From Haliotis rufescens (Eukaryota), in NCBI RefSeq assembly GCF_023055435.1, contig NW_025964361.1:38378001-38442000 (forward strand): a stretch of DNA of 64,000 nt, written 5' to 3'. Under the pieces are notes generated by a model. The model did no database searches, was not told where the DNA came from, and worked only from the letters and a program-made list of their open reading frames with translations. The number at the start of each line of letters is the position of its first letter. Positions within the stretch are counted from its first letter, which is position 1. A program made the position numbers and the translations under genes. Below, in pieces: positions 52,201 to 63,990 of this stretch.

Positions 52201-55200
52201 ACACAGTTCCAATAATGAGCAAATATCTTATGACTGCTTCAAAGGATATTGTCAGCCATTTGTTGCTTGGAATGTTGCATCCTCTGTATCTCTCGGGCTC
52301 GCATCTCGGTAAACCTACACGAACCCCTGGATCCATTCCTGTGGTTCTCGCGATCTAATAAAAATCAGATCTTAGTTTTCGCTACGGCTAAACAAAGATC
52401 TGAGGACATCCCATTACGGGTCTCGTCAGAACGACCCTTCGCGAATTTTGACCGACCAATGAAATCGACATTAGCCAATCAGAAGGTGACTACGCTTCGA
52501 AACATATTTTGATGCATTCTCGATAAAAAAAATTAAAACTGATAAGAACATTCTGGAATGGCTTACAGATGGCCTAGATTGTATGGATATAATCATAAAA
52601 CCTGTAACTGTCATTTGGAATACCCCATGTTAAATATTTCGTGGTTGCATGATTAGAAAAAACATTCCGACTGTCACTTTCATGATCTGACGTGACCCGT
52701 AATGGGATGTCCTCAGATCTTTGTTTAGCGATAGTGAGAACTAGGATCTGATTTTAATGTGATTGAAATTGAACAACCCTGATTTACATTAGCCAGTTTG
52801 ATTTGCTACGATATTCAGTCTAAAGGACCAATCAGAATGCGAGGTACAAACCAGCCTCAATGTTGGGTTAGTGATATCAACACCATGACAACCAGTCCCA
52901 TTGATTCAGAGTTTTAAGAAATTCAACATTAAAAAACTGACTCACATGCAAAAGAAAGCCCTCTTAAAAATCATTTTGATGGAAACTAAAACTGGCAGTG
53001 ACAAGTCCTCCCTTAACCATTTCTTTTTCTTTATCTTGACATTTGATAGAAAAATGTTGATCCCTCCTCTCCCTTCTCTTCTTCCCTCACGCACTCACCT
53101 GATGTATAAGCAGTGGAACAGGCTGAGGCTCTCTCCTCCCTCACCCCTACTTCCCTCACACACTCACACACTCACCTGATGTATAAGCAGTAGAACAGGC
53201 TGAGGCTCTCTCCTCCCTCACCCCTACTTCCCTCACACACTCACCTGATGCATGAGCAGTGTAGCTGGCCGTGGCTCTCTCCTCCCTCACCCCTACTTCC
53301 CTCACACACTCACACACTCACCTGATGTATAAGCAGTGGAACAGGCTGAGGCTCTCTCCTCCCTCACCCCTACTTCCCTCACACACTCACCTGATGCATG
53401 AGCAGTGTAGCTGGCTGTGGCTCTCTCCTCCCTCACCCCTACTTCCCTCACTCACTCACACACTCACCTGATGCATGAGCAGTGTAGCTGGCCGTGGCTC
53501 TCTCCTCCCTCACCCCTACTTCCCTCACACACTCACCTGATGCATGAGCAGTGTAGCTGGCTGTGGCTCCCTCCTCCCTCACCCCTACTTCCCTCACACA
53601 CTCACCTGATGCATGAGCAGTGTAGCTGGCCGTGGCTCTCTCCTCCCTCACCCCTACTTCCCTCACACACTCACCTGATGCATGAGCAGTGTAGCTGGCC
53701 GTGGCTCTCTCCTCCCTCACCCCTACTTCCCTCACACACTCACACACTCACCTGATGTATAAGCAGTGGAACAGGCTGAGGCTCTCTCCTCCCTCACCCC
53801 TACTTCCCTCACACACTCACCTGATGCATGAGCAGTGTAGCTGGCTGTGGCTCTCTCCTCCCTCACCCCTACTTCCCTCACTCACTCACACACTCACCTG
53901 ATGCATGAGCAGTGTAGCTGGCTGTGGCTCTCTCCTCCCTCACCCCTACTTCCCTCACACACTCACACACTCACCTGATGCATGAGCAGTGTAGCTGGCT
54001 GTGGCTCCCTCCTCCCTCACCCCTACTTCCCTCACACACTCACACACTCACCTGATGTATAAGCAGTGGAACAGGCTGAGGCTCTCTCCTCCCTCACCCC
54101 TACTTCCCTCACTCACTCACACACTCACCTGATGCATGAGCAGTGTAGCTGGCTGTGGCTCCCTCCTCCCTCACCCCTACTTCCCTCACACACTCACACA
54201 CTCACCTGATGTATAAGCAGTGGAACAGGCTGAGGCTCTCTCCTCCCTCACCCCTACTTCCCTCACACACACACCTGATGCATGAGCAGTGTAGCTGGCT
54301 GTGGCTCCCTCCTCCCTCACCCCTACTTCCCTCACACACTCACCTGATGCATGAGCAGTGTAGCTGGCCGTGGCTCTCTCCTCCCTCACCCCTACTTCCC
54401 TCACACACTCACACACTCACACACTCACCTGATGCATGAGCAGTGTAGCTGGCCGTGGCTCTCTCCTCCCTCACCCCTACTTCCCTCACACACTCACACA
54501 CTCACCTGATGCATGAGCAGTGTAGCTGGCCGCGGCTCTCTCCTCCCTCACCCCTACTTCCCTCACTCACTCACACACTCACCTGATGCATGAGCAGTGT
54601 AGCTGGCCGCGGCCCTCTCCTCCCTCACCCCTACTTCCCTCACACACTCACCTGATGCATGAGCAGTGTAGCTGGCCGTGGCTCTCTCCTCCCTCACCCC
54701 TACTTCCCTCACTCACTCACACACACACCTGATGCATGAGCAGTGTAGCTGGCTGTGGCTCCCTCCTCCCTCACCCCTACTTCCCTCACACACTCACCTG
54801 ATGCATGAGCAGTGTAGCTGGCCGTGGCTCTCTCCTCCCTCACCCCTACTTCCCTCACACACTCACACACTCACACACTCACCTGATGCATGAGCAGTGT
54901 AGCTGGCCGTGGCTCTCTCCTCCCTCACCCCTACTTCCCTCACACACTCACACACTCACCTGATGCATGAGCAGTGTAGCTGGCCGCGGCTCTCTCCTCC
55001 CTCACTCCTACTTCCCTCACACACTCACCTGATGCATGAGCAGTGTAGCTGGCCGCGGCTCCCTCCTCCCTCACCCCTACTTCCCTCACTCACTCACACA
55101 CTCACCTGATGCATGAGCAGTGTAGCTGGCTGTGGCTCTCTCCTCCCTCACCCCTACTTCCCCTACTTCCCTCACACACACACCTGATGCATGAGCAGTG

Positions 55201-58200
55201 TAGCTGGCTGTGGCTCTCTCCTCCCTCACCCCTACTTCCCTCACACACTCACCTGATGCATGAGCAGTGTAGCTGGCCGTGGCTCTCTCCTCCCTCACCC
55301 CTACTTCCCTCACACACTCACACACTCACCTGATGCATGAGCAGTGTAGCTGGCCGCGGCTCTCTCCTCCCTCACCCCTACTTCCCTCACACACTCACAC
55401 ACTCACCTGATGCATGAGCAGTGTAGCTGGCCGCGGCTCTCTCCTCCCTCACCCCTACTTCCCTCACTCACTCACACACTCACCTGATGCATGAGCAGTG
55501 TAGCTGGCCGCGGCTCTCTCCTCCCTCACCCCTACTTCCCTCACACACTCACCTGATGCATGAGCAGTGTAGCTGGCCGTGGCTCTCTCCTCCCTCACCC
55601 CTACTTCCCTCACTCACTCACACACACACCTGATGCATGAGCAGTGTAGCTGGCTGTGGCTCTCTCCTCCCTCACCCCTACTTCCCTCACACACTCACAC
55701 ACACACCTGATGCATGAGCAGTGTAGCTGGCTGTGGCTCCCTCCTCCCTCACCCCTACTTCCCTCACACACTCACACACTCACCTGATGCATGAGCAGTG
55801 TTGCCGGCTGTGGCTCCCTCCTCCCTCACCCCTACTTCCCTCACTCACTCACACACTTACCTGATGCATGAGCAGTGTAGCTGGCCGTGGCTCTCTCCTC
55901 CCTCACCCCTACTTCCCTCACACACTCACCTGATGCATGAGCAGTGTAGCTGGCCGTGGCTCTCTCCTCCCTCACCCCTACTTCCCTCACACACTCACCT
56001 GATGCATGAGCAGTGGAACAGGCTGTGGCTCTCTCCTCCCTCACCCCTACTTCCCTCACACACTCACCTGATGCATGAGCAGTGTAGCTGGCCGTGGCTC
56101 TCTCCTCCCTAAACCCCTACTTCCCTCACACACTCACCTGATGCATGAGCAGTGTAGCTGGCCGTGGCTCTCTCCTCCCTCACCCCTACTTCCCTCACAC
56201 ACTCACCTGATGCATGAGCAGTGTAGCTGGCCGTGGCTCTCTCCTCCCTCACCCTTACTTCCCTCACTCACTCACACACACACCTGATGCATGAGCAGTG
56301 TAGCTGGCCGCGGCTCCCTCCTCCCTCACCCCTACTTCCCTCACACACTCACACACTCACCTGATGCATGAGCAGTGTAGCTGGCCGCGGCTCCCTCCTC
56401 CCTCACCCCTACTTCCCTCACGCACTCACCTGATGCATGAGCAGTGTAGCTGGCTGTGGCTCCCTCCTCCCTCACCCCTACTTCCCTCACACACTCACCT
56501 GATGCATGAGCAGTGTAGCTGGCCGCGGCTCTCTCCTCCCTCACCCCTACTTCCCTCACTCACTCACACTCACCTGATGCATGAGCAGTGTTGCTGGCTG
56601 TGGCTCTCTCCTCCCTCACCCCTACTTCCCTCACACACTCACCTGATGCATGAGCAGTGTAGCTGGCCGTGGCTCCCTCCTCCCTAAACCCCTACTTCCC
56701 TCACACACTCACCTGATGCATGAGCAGTGTAGCTGGCCGTGTCAACCTCCTCCCTCACCCCTACTTCCCTCACACACTCACCTGATGCATGAGCAGTGTA
56801 GCTGGCTGTGGCTCCCTCCTCCCTCACCCCTACTTCCCTCACTCACTCACACACTCACCTGATGCATGAGCAGTGTAGCTGGCCGTGGCTCTCTCCTCCC
56901 TCACCCCTACTTCCCTCACACACTCACCTGATGCATGAGCAGTGTAGCTGGCCGTGGCTCTCTCCTCCCTCACCCCTACTTCCCTCACACACTCACACAC
57001 TCACCTGATGCATGAGCAGTGTAGCTGGCTGAGCCTCCCTCCTCCCTCACCCCTACTTCCCTCACTCACTCACACACTCACCTGATGCATGAGCAGTGTA
57101 GCTGGCTGTGGCTCCTCTGCCCTGTCAACCGGGATGAACTCAAAGAACTGTGATGTGGGAACCAGGAGGTATCGGCTGGGGTGCTGCTTTGGCCAGACAT
57201 TCACACCAAGGAGTCCCTCAGAAGCTGCATAGATGGGTGAATACAGTGGAATGCCCTTCAGATACGTCTCACGCAACTTTGTCCCATAAAACTCAAATGT
57301 TCCTGTGTCTGCCCCAATCACAACTGAAGCATCCGGCCATATTCGTCTTCCTAGGCCAACAATCCCTTCCTTGTAAGCATCTCGAAGTTCTGAAGCACGT
57401 TCTGGGTCTGGCTTCATTAATGAGTTTAACTCCTTACAAATATGTTCCTCAATATTCAGGTCTGGATTGATTCTGCCTTTTTCAATATCATCAACCAATA
57501 GGTTCCATTTTTCTTCCATAGTCCTAAATGAATTGAAGATAAGGGAGGAGAAATTTGCCTCCAGCATCCCTAGCTTCTTCTCCTTAAGAGCAAACAACAG
57601 ATGGAGGTACAGAGCCTCGGGTTCACTGAGAACGTCATATGCTATTTTCGGTGTGGTATAGATATGCAAGAGACTCTTTGACCTTGCTGGCGTTGATGAG
57701 TTTGGCCCAATCTTTATTCCCGATGCTGATTCCCTCCATTTAGGATTGTAAAACAGTTTTAAATTTTTCTGAAGGTACCTTGACGCTGGAAATGCTTCAG
57801 TCAAACAATTATACAGCACTGCTACTCCATCAGTCAAAAACAACATCGCCTGTCTTTTAACCATTGGCAGAATGTTACTTTTGCCTGAAGTTCCTGATGT
57901 GACCCCAAATATGATTGGCTGATCAGCTGTCAGTACGTTTGTCTCGCCTTTCACCATTCGGTCAATGTATGGTTCAAAATGACTGTAACGAGTTAGCGGA
58001 TGAGCGTTAATGAATTCTTCAACAGAATGAATTGCTGAGAAGTCATATCTCTTCCCATATTCCGTCTCGGCATTAATTTTCACTTGCTTCAGAAGAGTTT
58101 CCTCCTGAACTTTTTGAATATTTTTGGTTGACTTTTCAAGTTTTCGGCGCATAAAGAATCCCAGCCATGACAGACTGGATACTGTGAGGTAATGATACAA

Positions 58201-60786
58201 GGCGGCGCCAAAGGACTGGTTTTCAAGTTTCCGTTTCCGCTGAACATCAACAACAAGTATTCCTGACCATCCAGCAACTACTCCCACCAGACCTGTGTAG
58301 GAATACCAGTATAGGGTGAGCAGTGACACCACCATCCCAATCAACAACATCAAACCTGAAAAAAACATGCAGTTGTGTTTACTTCAAACCAAAAAAGGCA
58401 AACAAAATTCAAAGCCCTTTTGGTTGGCCTTGTAGTGAGTGAGTGAGTATGGTTTTACGCCAGTTTTAGTAATATTCGAGCAATATTACAGCGGAGGATA
58501 CCAGAAATGGGCTTCACACATTGTACCCATGTCAGGATTCGAACCCAGGTTTTTGGCGTGACGAGCGAACGCTTTAACCACTAGTGTACCCATGTTGGGA
58601 ATCGAACCTGGGTCTTCGGCGTGACGAGCGAACGCTTTAACCACTAGGCTACCCCTTGGTTGGCCTTGTAGCTGTACATGGTCTGTTATTTATACCATAC
58701 CATGTGTGTGTACTTCCAGCATGTCCATGGATTATGTCTGTGCTAAAACCTTTCAGCCTTCTAGCCCAAACCTGTATTTTAACATCGTTTTCATTTCATT
58801 AGCAAAGCTTACTAGGCCGAAAGGCATTTTACTAGAGTCGTCTCAAACTAGAGGCTACAGTCACAGACTGTTGATATTACAGTAGTTGGTTGTAAGTTTA
58901 CCTAACATGCTTGAATATAAGATAGATGCGCGATAAATCACAAAAAGTACAATGCACAAAGAACAAGAACAATGAAGTGTGGTTTATTTCACGATAAAAC
59001 ATTGTTCTATCATGTCATTTCTGGAGGCTGTACATTATGTTGATATCTCATATAAGAAATAACGAGGGGAAGTTGTTTATTTCTTAAATATAACTGATAC
59101 ATAATTAAGTCAAGGCCTATTAAGAACTATCATACATTTCAGACCTTTTCAAAGAAGTGTTACTTTAAAAATCTTTAACAGTGTCCCAGCTGGTTTTTAG
59201 AAAATGACCTGTCCCACACATTTTTTGTCGGTCCTAACTTTGAAAATTACCTGGTTTTAATTTTTCAACATCAATTTCAATGCAGTGTACTTTCATGGCG
59301 GACTTTCAGTGATGACAGTAGTAACGTATGTAGATCTACACATCATTCACATATAGTTCAATCACAATTTTCTCTTTTTCTCTCAATATTTTACTTTAAT
59401 TTCAGACTAAGTCACTACAAATAGATATTTAACATCGTCGCAAAGCAAAATATTATTTCCTTGCACCAACTATAGTCAACAGGAAATCCTGATGATAACA
59501 GACAGGCTGACTTTCTTTGAAAAATATACTTTTTTGACTATCAATGACGTTTTGTTCAACAACAAAGACATACAAGATACCTTATTTGCCAGTCAACAGG
59601 TTGGGACCTGAGTAGGGGAGTAGGTGAGTGAGTGAGTTGGGTTTAACGCCGCTTTTAACAGTATTCCAGTCATATCCCGGCGTGTCAGCTTAATATGGAA
59701 GGGAAGCCCGAAGTGATGCAGGTCTTAGACATTTATCACTTCTGTGAAACCCACGAGCACGGGTATGGTGCTGACAAACCTAGAAACATAATCGTGGCAA
59801 ACCGGGATTCGAACCCACAATCATAGGTTTCTGGCATGCCCAACGGACGCAACTCTGCACAGCGAATTGTGGCGCCTTAGACGACTGGGCCACCCGTGCC
59901 CCCGACCTGAGTAGGACCCCGATACCTACAGGACTACCCGGACTAATGTCTGCTTTTCCTTCTGATTATGTACGCATTCCTTCTGACTTTTATATGACTG
60001 AGTTAATACATAGCCTCAGTCAACTTCAATGTGTGCATGATCTAAATAGTTTTTGCCAGGCCTGTTGTAAACAATTCCCATTCGGACATTTTGTACATGA
60101 CTCTTGAGACCTATAGCAGCTACCCGGGAAGGGCCGGGTGATAGGGTCTCGGGTTGGGCTGGGACGGGTAACCTGGGTACCCAGGTAGGGTGGGTACTGA
60201 GAAGGACCCGGGTACCCACAGGACTACCAAGACCTGTGGCTGGTCATGTTATATATTGTTTTAATGACAAAAATGATCTAGATCTATAAGGTTACACTAC
60301 AAGTCACTAATGTTCGCACTTCAACCAAGTCAGCGAGTCTGACCACCCGATCTAGTTAGTCATCTTTTACGACAAGCACAGTCACCTTTTACTGCAAGCA
60401 TGGGTTGCTGAAGACCTATTCTACCCTGGATCTTCACGGGTCAGTAAATTCGGACTCGTCCCAGCCCTTTGTAGTTATACATCTACCAGTGTCACAGAAA
60501 AGTGTTTCACTGCTTGTAACATTAGTCTAGCCCTTACACTGCCGGTTGCAGGTAAAAGCTTCAAATAATTTGTATCAATGTCAGGAATTGAATCTGGGTC
60601 TTCAAAGTGAAGAGGCAACAATTAAACCACTAGCTTGCCCAACCATGTCCGACAAAAACAAATGTATTACAGATTGTACGCATCATAAGTACATAATGGA
60701 ATATTGAATACAGAATAACTTGGAATATATATTTTGAAAATATAATCATTTAACTTACCTTTAATGGCAACTTTGAAGAAACCCAT
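49245..60786 (-). CDS. GHDC: GH3 domain-containing protein, ~634 aa; exons 60786-60759, 58355-57082, 52178-52051, 51228-51074, 50354-50257, 49466-49245
   Basis: GH3 motifs AETEYGKRY, PLTRYSHFEPYIDRM, TSGTSGK, YAASEG, FFEFIPV, YRYRFGDVVKVTGFYNQCP, LNVRGEKTSE and QYKVPR; hydrophobic N-terminus. Phases consistent; AATAAA at 49095-49090. The first small exon (MGFFKVAIK-G) is the least certain. Confidence 0.92.
49643..49802 (-). mobile_element. SINE family A, diverged
   Basis: Similarity to other copies. Confidence 0.8.
49880..50122 (-). mobile_element. Family D retroposon (duplicated hairpin variant)
   Basis: Homology to other copies. Confidence 0.82.
50465..50685 (-). mobile_element. Family D retroposon
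   Basis: Homology to other copies. Confidence 0.8.
50755..50803. repeat. (GA)/(GACA) microsatellite
   Basis: Directly visible. Confidence 0.8.
51687..51855 (-). mobile_element. SINE family A
   Basis: TSD gatgctgatga. Confidence 0.88.
52351..52765. mobile_element. MITE with ~70-bp TIRs; 82-bp deletion derivative at 12084-12165
   Basis: aaaatcagatcttagtt.tcgcta.ggctaaacaaagatctgaggacatcccattacgggtc mirrored at the right end. Confidence 0.8.
53090..57114. repeat. Minisatellite, 69/77/85-bp units (~55 copies, estimated), derived from the GHDC exon end and splice donor
   Basis: Unit on + strand: cctgatgcatgagcagtgtagctggccgtggctctctcctccctcacccctacttccctcacacactca. It is continuous with the GHDC exon at 57082-57114. 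Confidence 0.97.
58437..58655 (-). mobile_element. SINE family A with internal tandem duplication of the B-box region
   Basis: tgtacccatg..tcgaacc..gtgacgagcgaacgctttaaccactag occurs twice; TSD ttggttggccttgtag. Confidence 0.88.
59624..59903 (-). mobile_element. SINE family B
   Basis: Flanking repeat gacctgagtagg. Confidence 0.88.
60321..60442 (-). mobile_element. Family D 5' portion with well-preserved head
   Basis: Minus strand: cccgtgaagatccagggtagaataggtcttcagcaacccatgcttg... Confidence 0.78.
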
Positions 60787-62851
60787 AATAGAATTCCAGC
60801 AACACGACCTGCAATGATTTTAACACCATACAGATAATACAGCGATACAAACATTAGGATAATCTGTAGCACACATACATGTAATACATTCTTATGTATA
60901 TTCATCATGTTAAATTTAGCCTTCGAATCCTCAGTGTACTGTGTCGGGATAAATTTGTACTCGACATTTGATTTAGATTTAAACATGATACTTTAGATCT
61001 GACAATTTTATTCTTTGTAAAATGTGTTTATAATGGAGACATCCTCTTAATCTGGTGAAATTACAATTGCAAATACCTAAAATTTATTAAATAAAGACAT
61101 TCATCAGAACGAATATCCTTGAAGCTTCCACCTGCCTCTACCAAGCAAATCGACAAGATATAGAGTTACCTCCCTTATCAAGGGGGGTCCAAGAGGTAAG
61201 TTGATTATTTCTGTCATGTGTTTCTCAAATAACAGGAAAATAATCTACTTTCTTAATACTAAAATTTATGTATATTCAGTATGAAAGACTAAAATTCACA
61301 GACAAAGGGTAAATTTGGCAAAATATGTTATTGTATTGTTCATTTAACCCCAAATAGGCCCATAGCTGTAAGGAAGGTAACTCCAAATTTTCTAAGAAGG
61401 GCGGGTAACTCTCGCACTTAACTTCCTACTTCCTTCAGAGGAAAGCTTGTTGTTCGATACCGGTTGCACTATCCACGATGTCAGTCACGGGGGGAATGAT
61501 CGGTTTCATGAAACAGATGTTAGAAGAATACAAAAGTTTAAGAGGTAGTATAAATCAGATTTCATCTGTGCATGTCAGTTCTTTCCAATGTATTTTAAAA
61601 CTAGCCGAAGTGAGGAGGTTAGACGTACAAAGCAAAACGTAGATTGGCCTATTTTAGACTCAGGTCGGGGATATAACATATTCACAAACATCTAAGATCG
61701 ACCTATCGTCAATCGAAGTGTAGGCTAGCACACAGCCGTCTGTGGTTGATACGGTCGGTGTATTATACAATGCCAATTTGATTTGACTGAAAATGCAAAC
61801 TGGAAATTATTGATTGCACCTATGAGGTTTACCCTGTGTTAATCAGCGTAAAGTAGGAGCATATTGTTTACTTTCAGGATAATGTTTGAGTAAACAGATC
61901 TGTTCCTCAACCTGAATAGAAACCACTCCAGTTGTGGTACTTTTCTTGTTGCACTTACCCACTCCAGATGGCACAAGCAACCATGTGTCGTCACAGGGCA
62001 ATTTGTGTGTGTATATTGTAACAAAATGAGACAAATTATGGGTGTATATTGTAACAAAATGACACAAATTATGGCATTACGTATCCCCTTTTCACCTCTT
62101 TTCAGCATGACTTATACCCGGTAAGATTATACACATTCTAATAAAATCATTTCTTTTTTATCCTCCCGCATGTCACATATGTTAATCAGGTGTTGAAATG
62201 GTGCCTTTTGCTGTTTAAAATAGGAATATTAAAAAAACAAGTTTGACATTGACTCTGTTCATAGTGTTGTGTTTGTCCGGAACACATATCTGAAACTAAT
62301 AAGTACTCTTTCTTGAAACTGCACACACAAAGACCAGGTTTTCAACTGGTGCCTTTTGCTATTTTGGAATTTGTAGAATTTATATTGTTTTTGTTTGATT
62401 TTGACTGTTCAAAGTGTTGGTTTGTTCAGGCCATATCTCTAAAAGTAATATGTATTGCTTTTTACAGATTTTTGGAATATATGTTCTTTCCGTTTCCATG
62501 GCCAAAAGTTTAACGTTGACTCTGTTCATATTGTTGTGCATCTGACATAGAAATACAAAGTTCCAAATCCCAATTCCGTATTGTTTTGATAGCTCAATAA
62601 CTACTCTTCTATACGGACAGACAGTTTAGATCGTAATTCTCTCATCAAGTTGGACTTAAAGTAACAGCCAGATGATTTGTTCTTTTGAATTTGTGGGGGC
62701 CGAGATGATTTGCCATCTTGTCTATAATGTCACCAGACATCTGTCAAAGGATATTCACTCACAAAAGTTCACAGATTTACAGAGATACTGAGCATATATA
62801 TCCATCAGTTCACTCAAAAAACACAAGCTGTGTTGCCTACAAGATCAACAG

Positions 62852-63211
62852 GTGAGGTGAGGTGAGGTGAAATTGGGTTTAACGTCGCGTCCAAGATTAT
62901 TGCACTTATATAGCGACGTGCATGCACGTGTATGTGTGTGTGTGGCTGCTTGTACTAGTCCGGACTGATGCCGATTTATAGTGCTAGCTCACTGAGATAC
63001 ATGCTGCAGTTTAACATGAATACCCCACTCAGACACAGTATACTGACTCCGAGCTGACCAGTCCTTGTTTTAGCCCCTTAATGCCGAGTGCCAGACAGGG
63101 TAACAACAAGTACAATCTTTAAACGTCTTTTTGTATGACGCGGCCCGGGATCGAACCCTGGACCTTCCGCTCTCCGGGCGGACGCTCTACCACTAGACCA
63201 CGGAGGCGGTC
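62852..63211 (-). mobile_element. SINE family C, full length (tRNA head; body reminiscent of molluscan Meta-type SINEs; (CACCT)n tail)
   Basis: tRNA-like head GTGGTCTAGTGGTAGAGCG..GGTTCGATCCC; 13-bp TSD acaagatcaacag. Confidence 0.9.
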
Positions 63212-63814
63212 ACAAGATCAACAGACTGTGATGTCTTTCTTTACAGTAACTTCAATATGAAGAGGGCATGTTGTATGATGACTGCCTCTGTAATCTCTTC
63301 AGAGCATTTTGTAGTGTGGTTTTATGGTCATGCCCTAGCTGTCAGTCAGATATCTCAGTCGTGAGACAGTGGAGAAGAGATAACTTGTCAACATGAGATT
63401 TACCTGTTGGGGTAATGGAGCAATCCTGAAAGTCTTCATGGACTTAGTTCTGTATAATTAAGACACAAAAAAGATAAAGACGTTTGAGAGTAATGCGTGA
63501 AATAATTGATCTACTCAGATACAACAGGATTTTATTTTGTTTTATTTTCTATGCGTATAGATTTAATTCATGAACCATTTGATCACGAAAAACAACATTA
63601 ATTTGTAATTTATCACCATGCTCACCTCAGCTTCTTATGAGAATATTGAACTTTCTTTATTATAATTATTTATTTTATTTTTGATGGTGTTGATTGTTGT
63701 TGTTGTTGTTATTATTATTATTATTTACCGCAGGTATCCAGGTACTAGTATCTGCTCAAATGCGGTTTTATTTGTTCCATGACCAGTGGATCTGTTCGTT
63801 TTCCAGTTATCAAT

Positions 63815-63990
63815 CTCAATTCCCTGGGGAGTATACAACCAAAACTGCCTAGCAGCGCGTTAGAAGGTTTTTACATCCACCTCACATATTGGGTACCCAT
63901 TCCCTGCTGGGTGAACAGAGGCACATTTGAACTAAGTCACTTGCCCAGGGTGACTCCACAAGTTTGACACTTGTGTTTCGGGTGTATGTC
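63815..63990 (-). mobile_element. SINE fragment with Deu/Nin-like domain; related fragment at ~7880-7925
   Basis: Minus strand ccctgggcaagtgactt..tgcctctgttcacccagca..aatgggtaccc. Confidence 0.5.

Noticed and set aside
53271-57008. Many ORFs (MHEQCSW.., MALSSLTPT.., REVGVREERAT..) in the minisatellite
   Set aside because: By-products of a 69-bp (3n) unit, broken by 8-bp length variants; intronic to GHDC.
58356-58368. ORF-track start MFFS for GHDC
   Set aside because: It lies in the pyrimidine tract of the acceptor at 58356; the true start is upstream (60786) or at 58350.
4320-60786. Functional cluster of FBXO8, SMIM20, PP2C and GHDC (three predicted proteins start with MG)
   Set aside because: No shared pathway evident from sequence; an ordinary eukaryotic gene neighbourhood.
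63138-63211. tRNA-like cloverleaf
   Set aside because: It is the head of a TSD-flanked SINE with a poor acceptor stem, not a tRNA gene. The same applies to family A and B heads.
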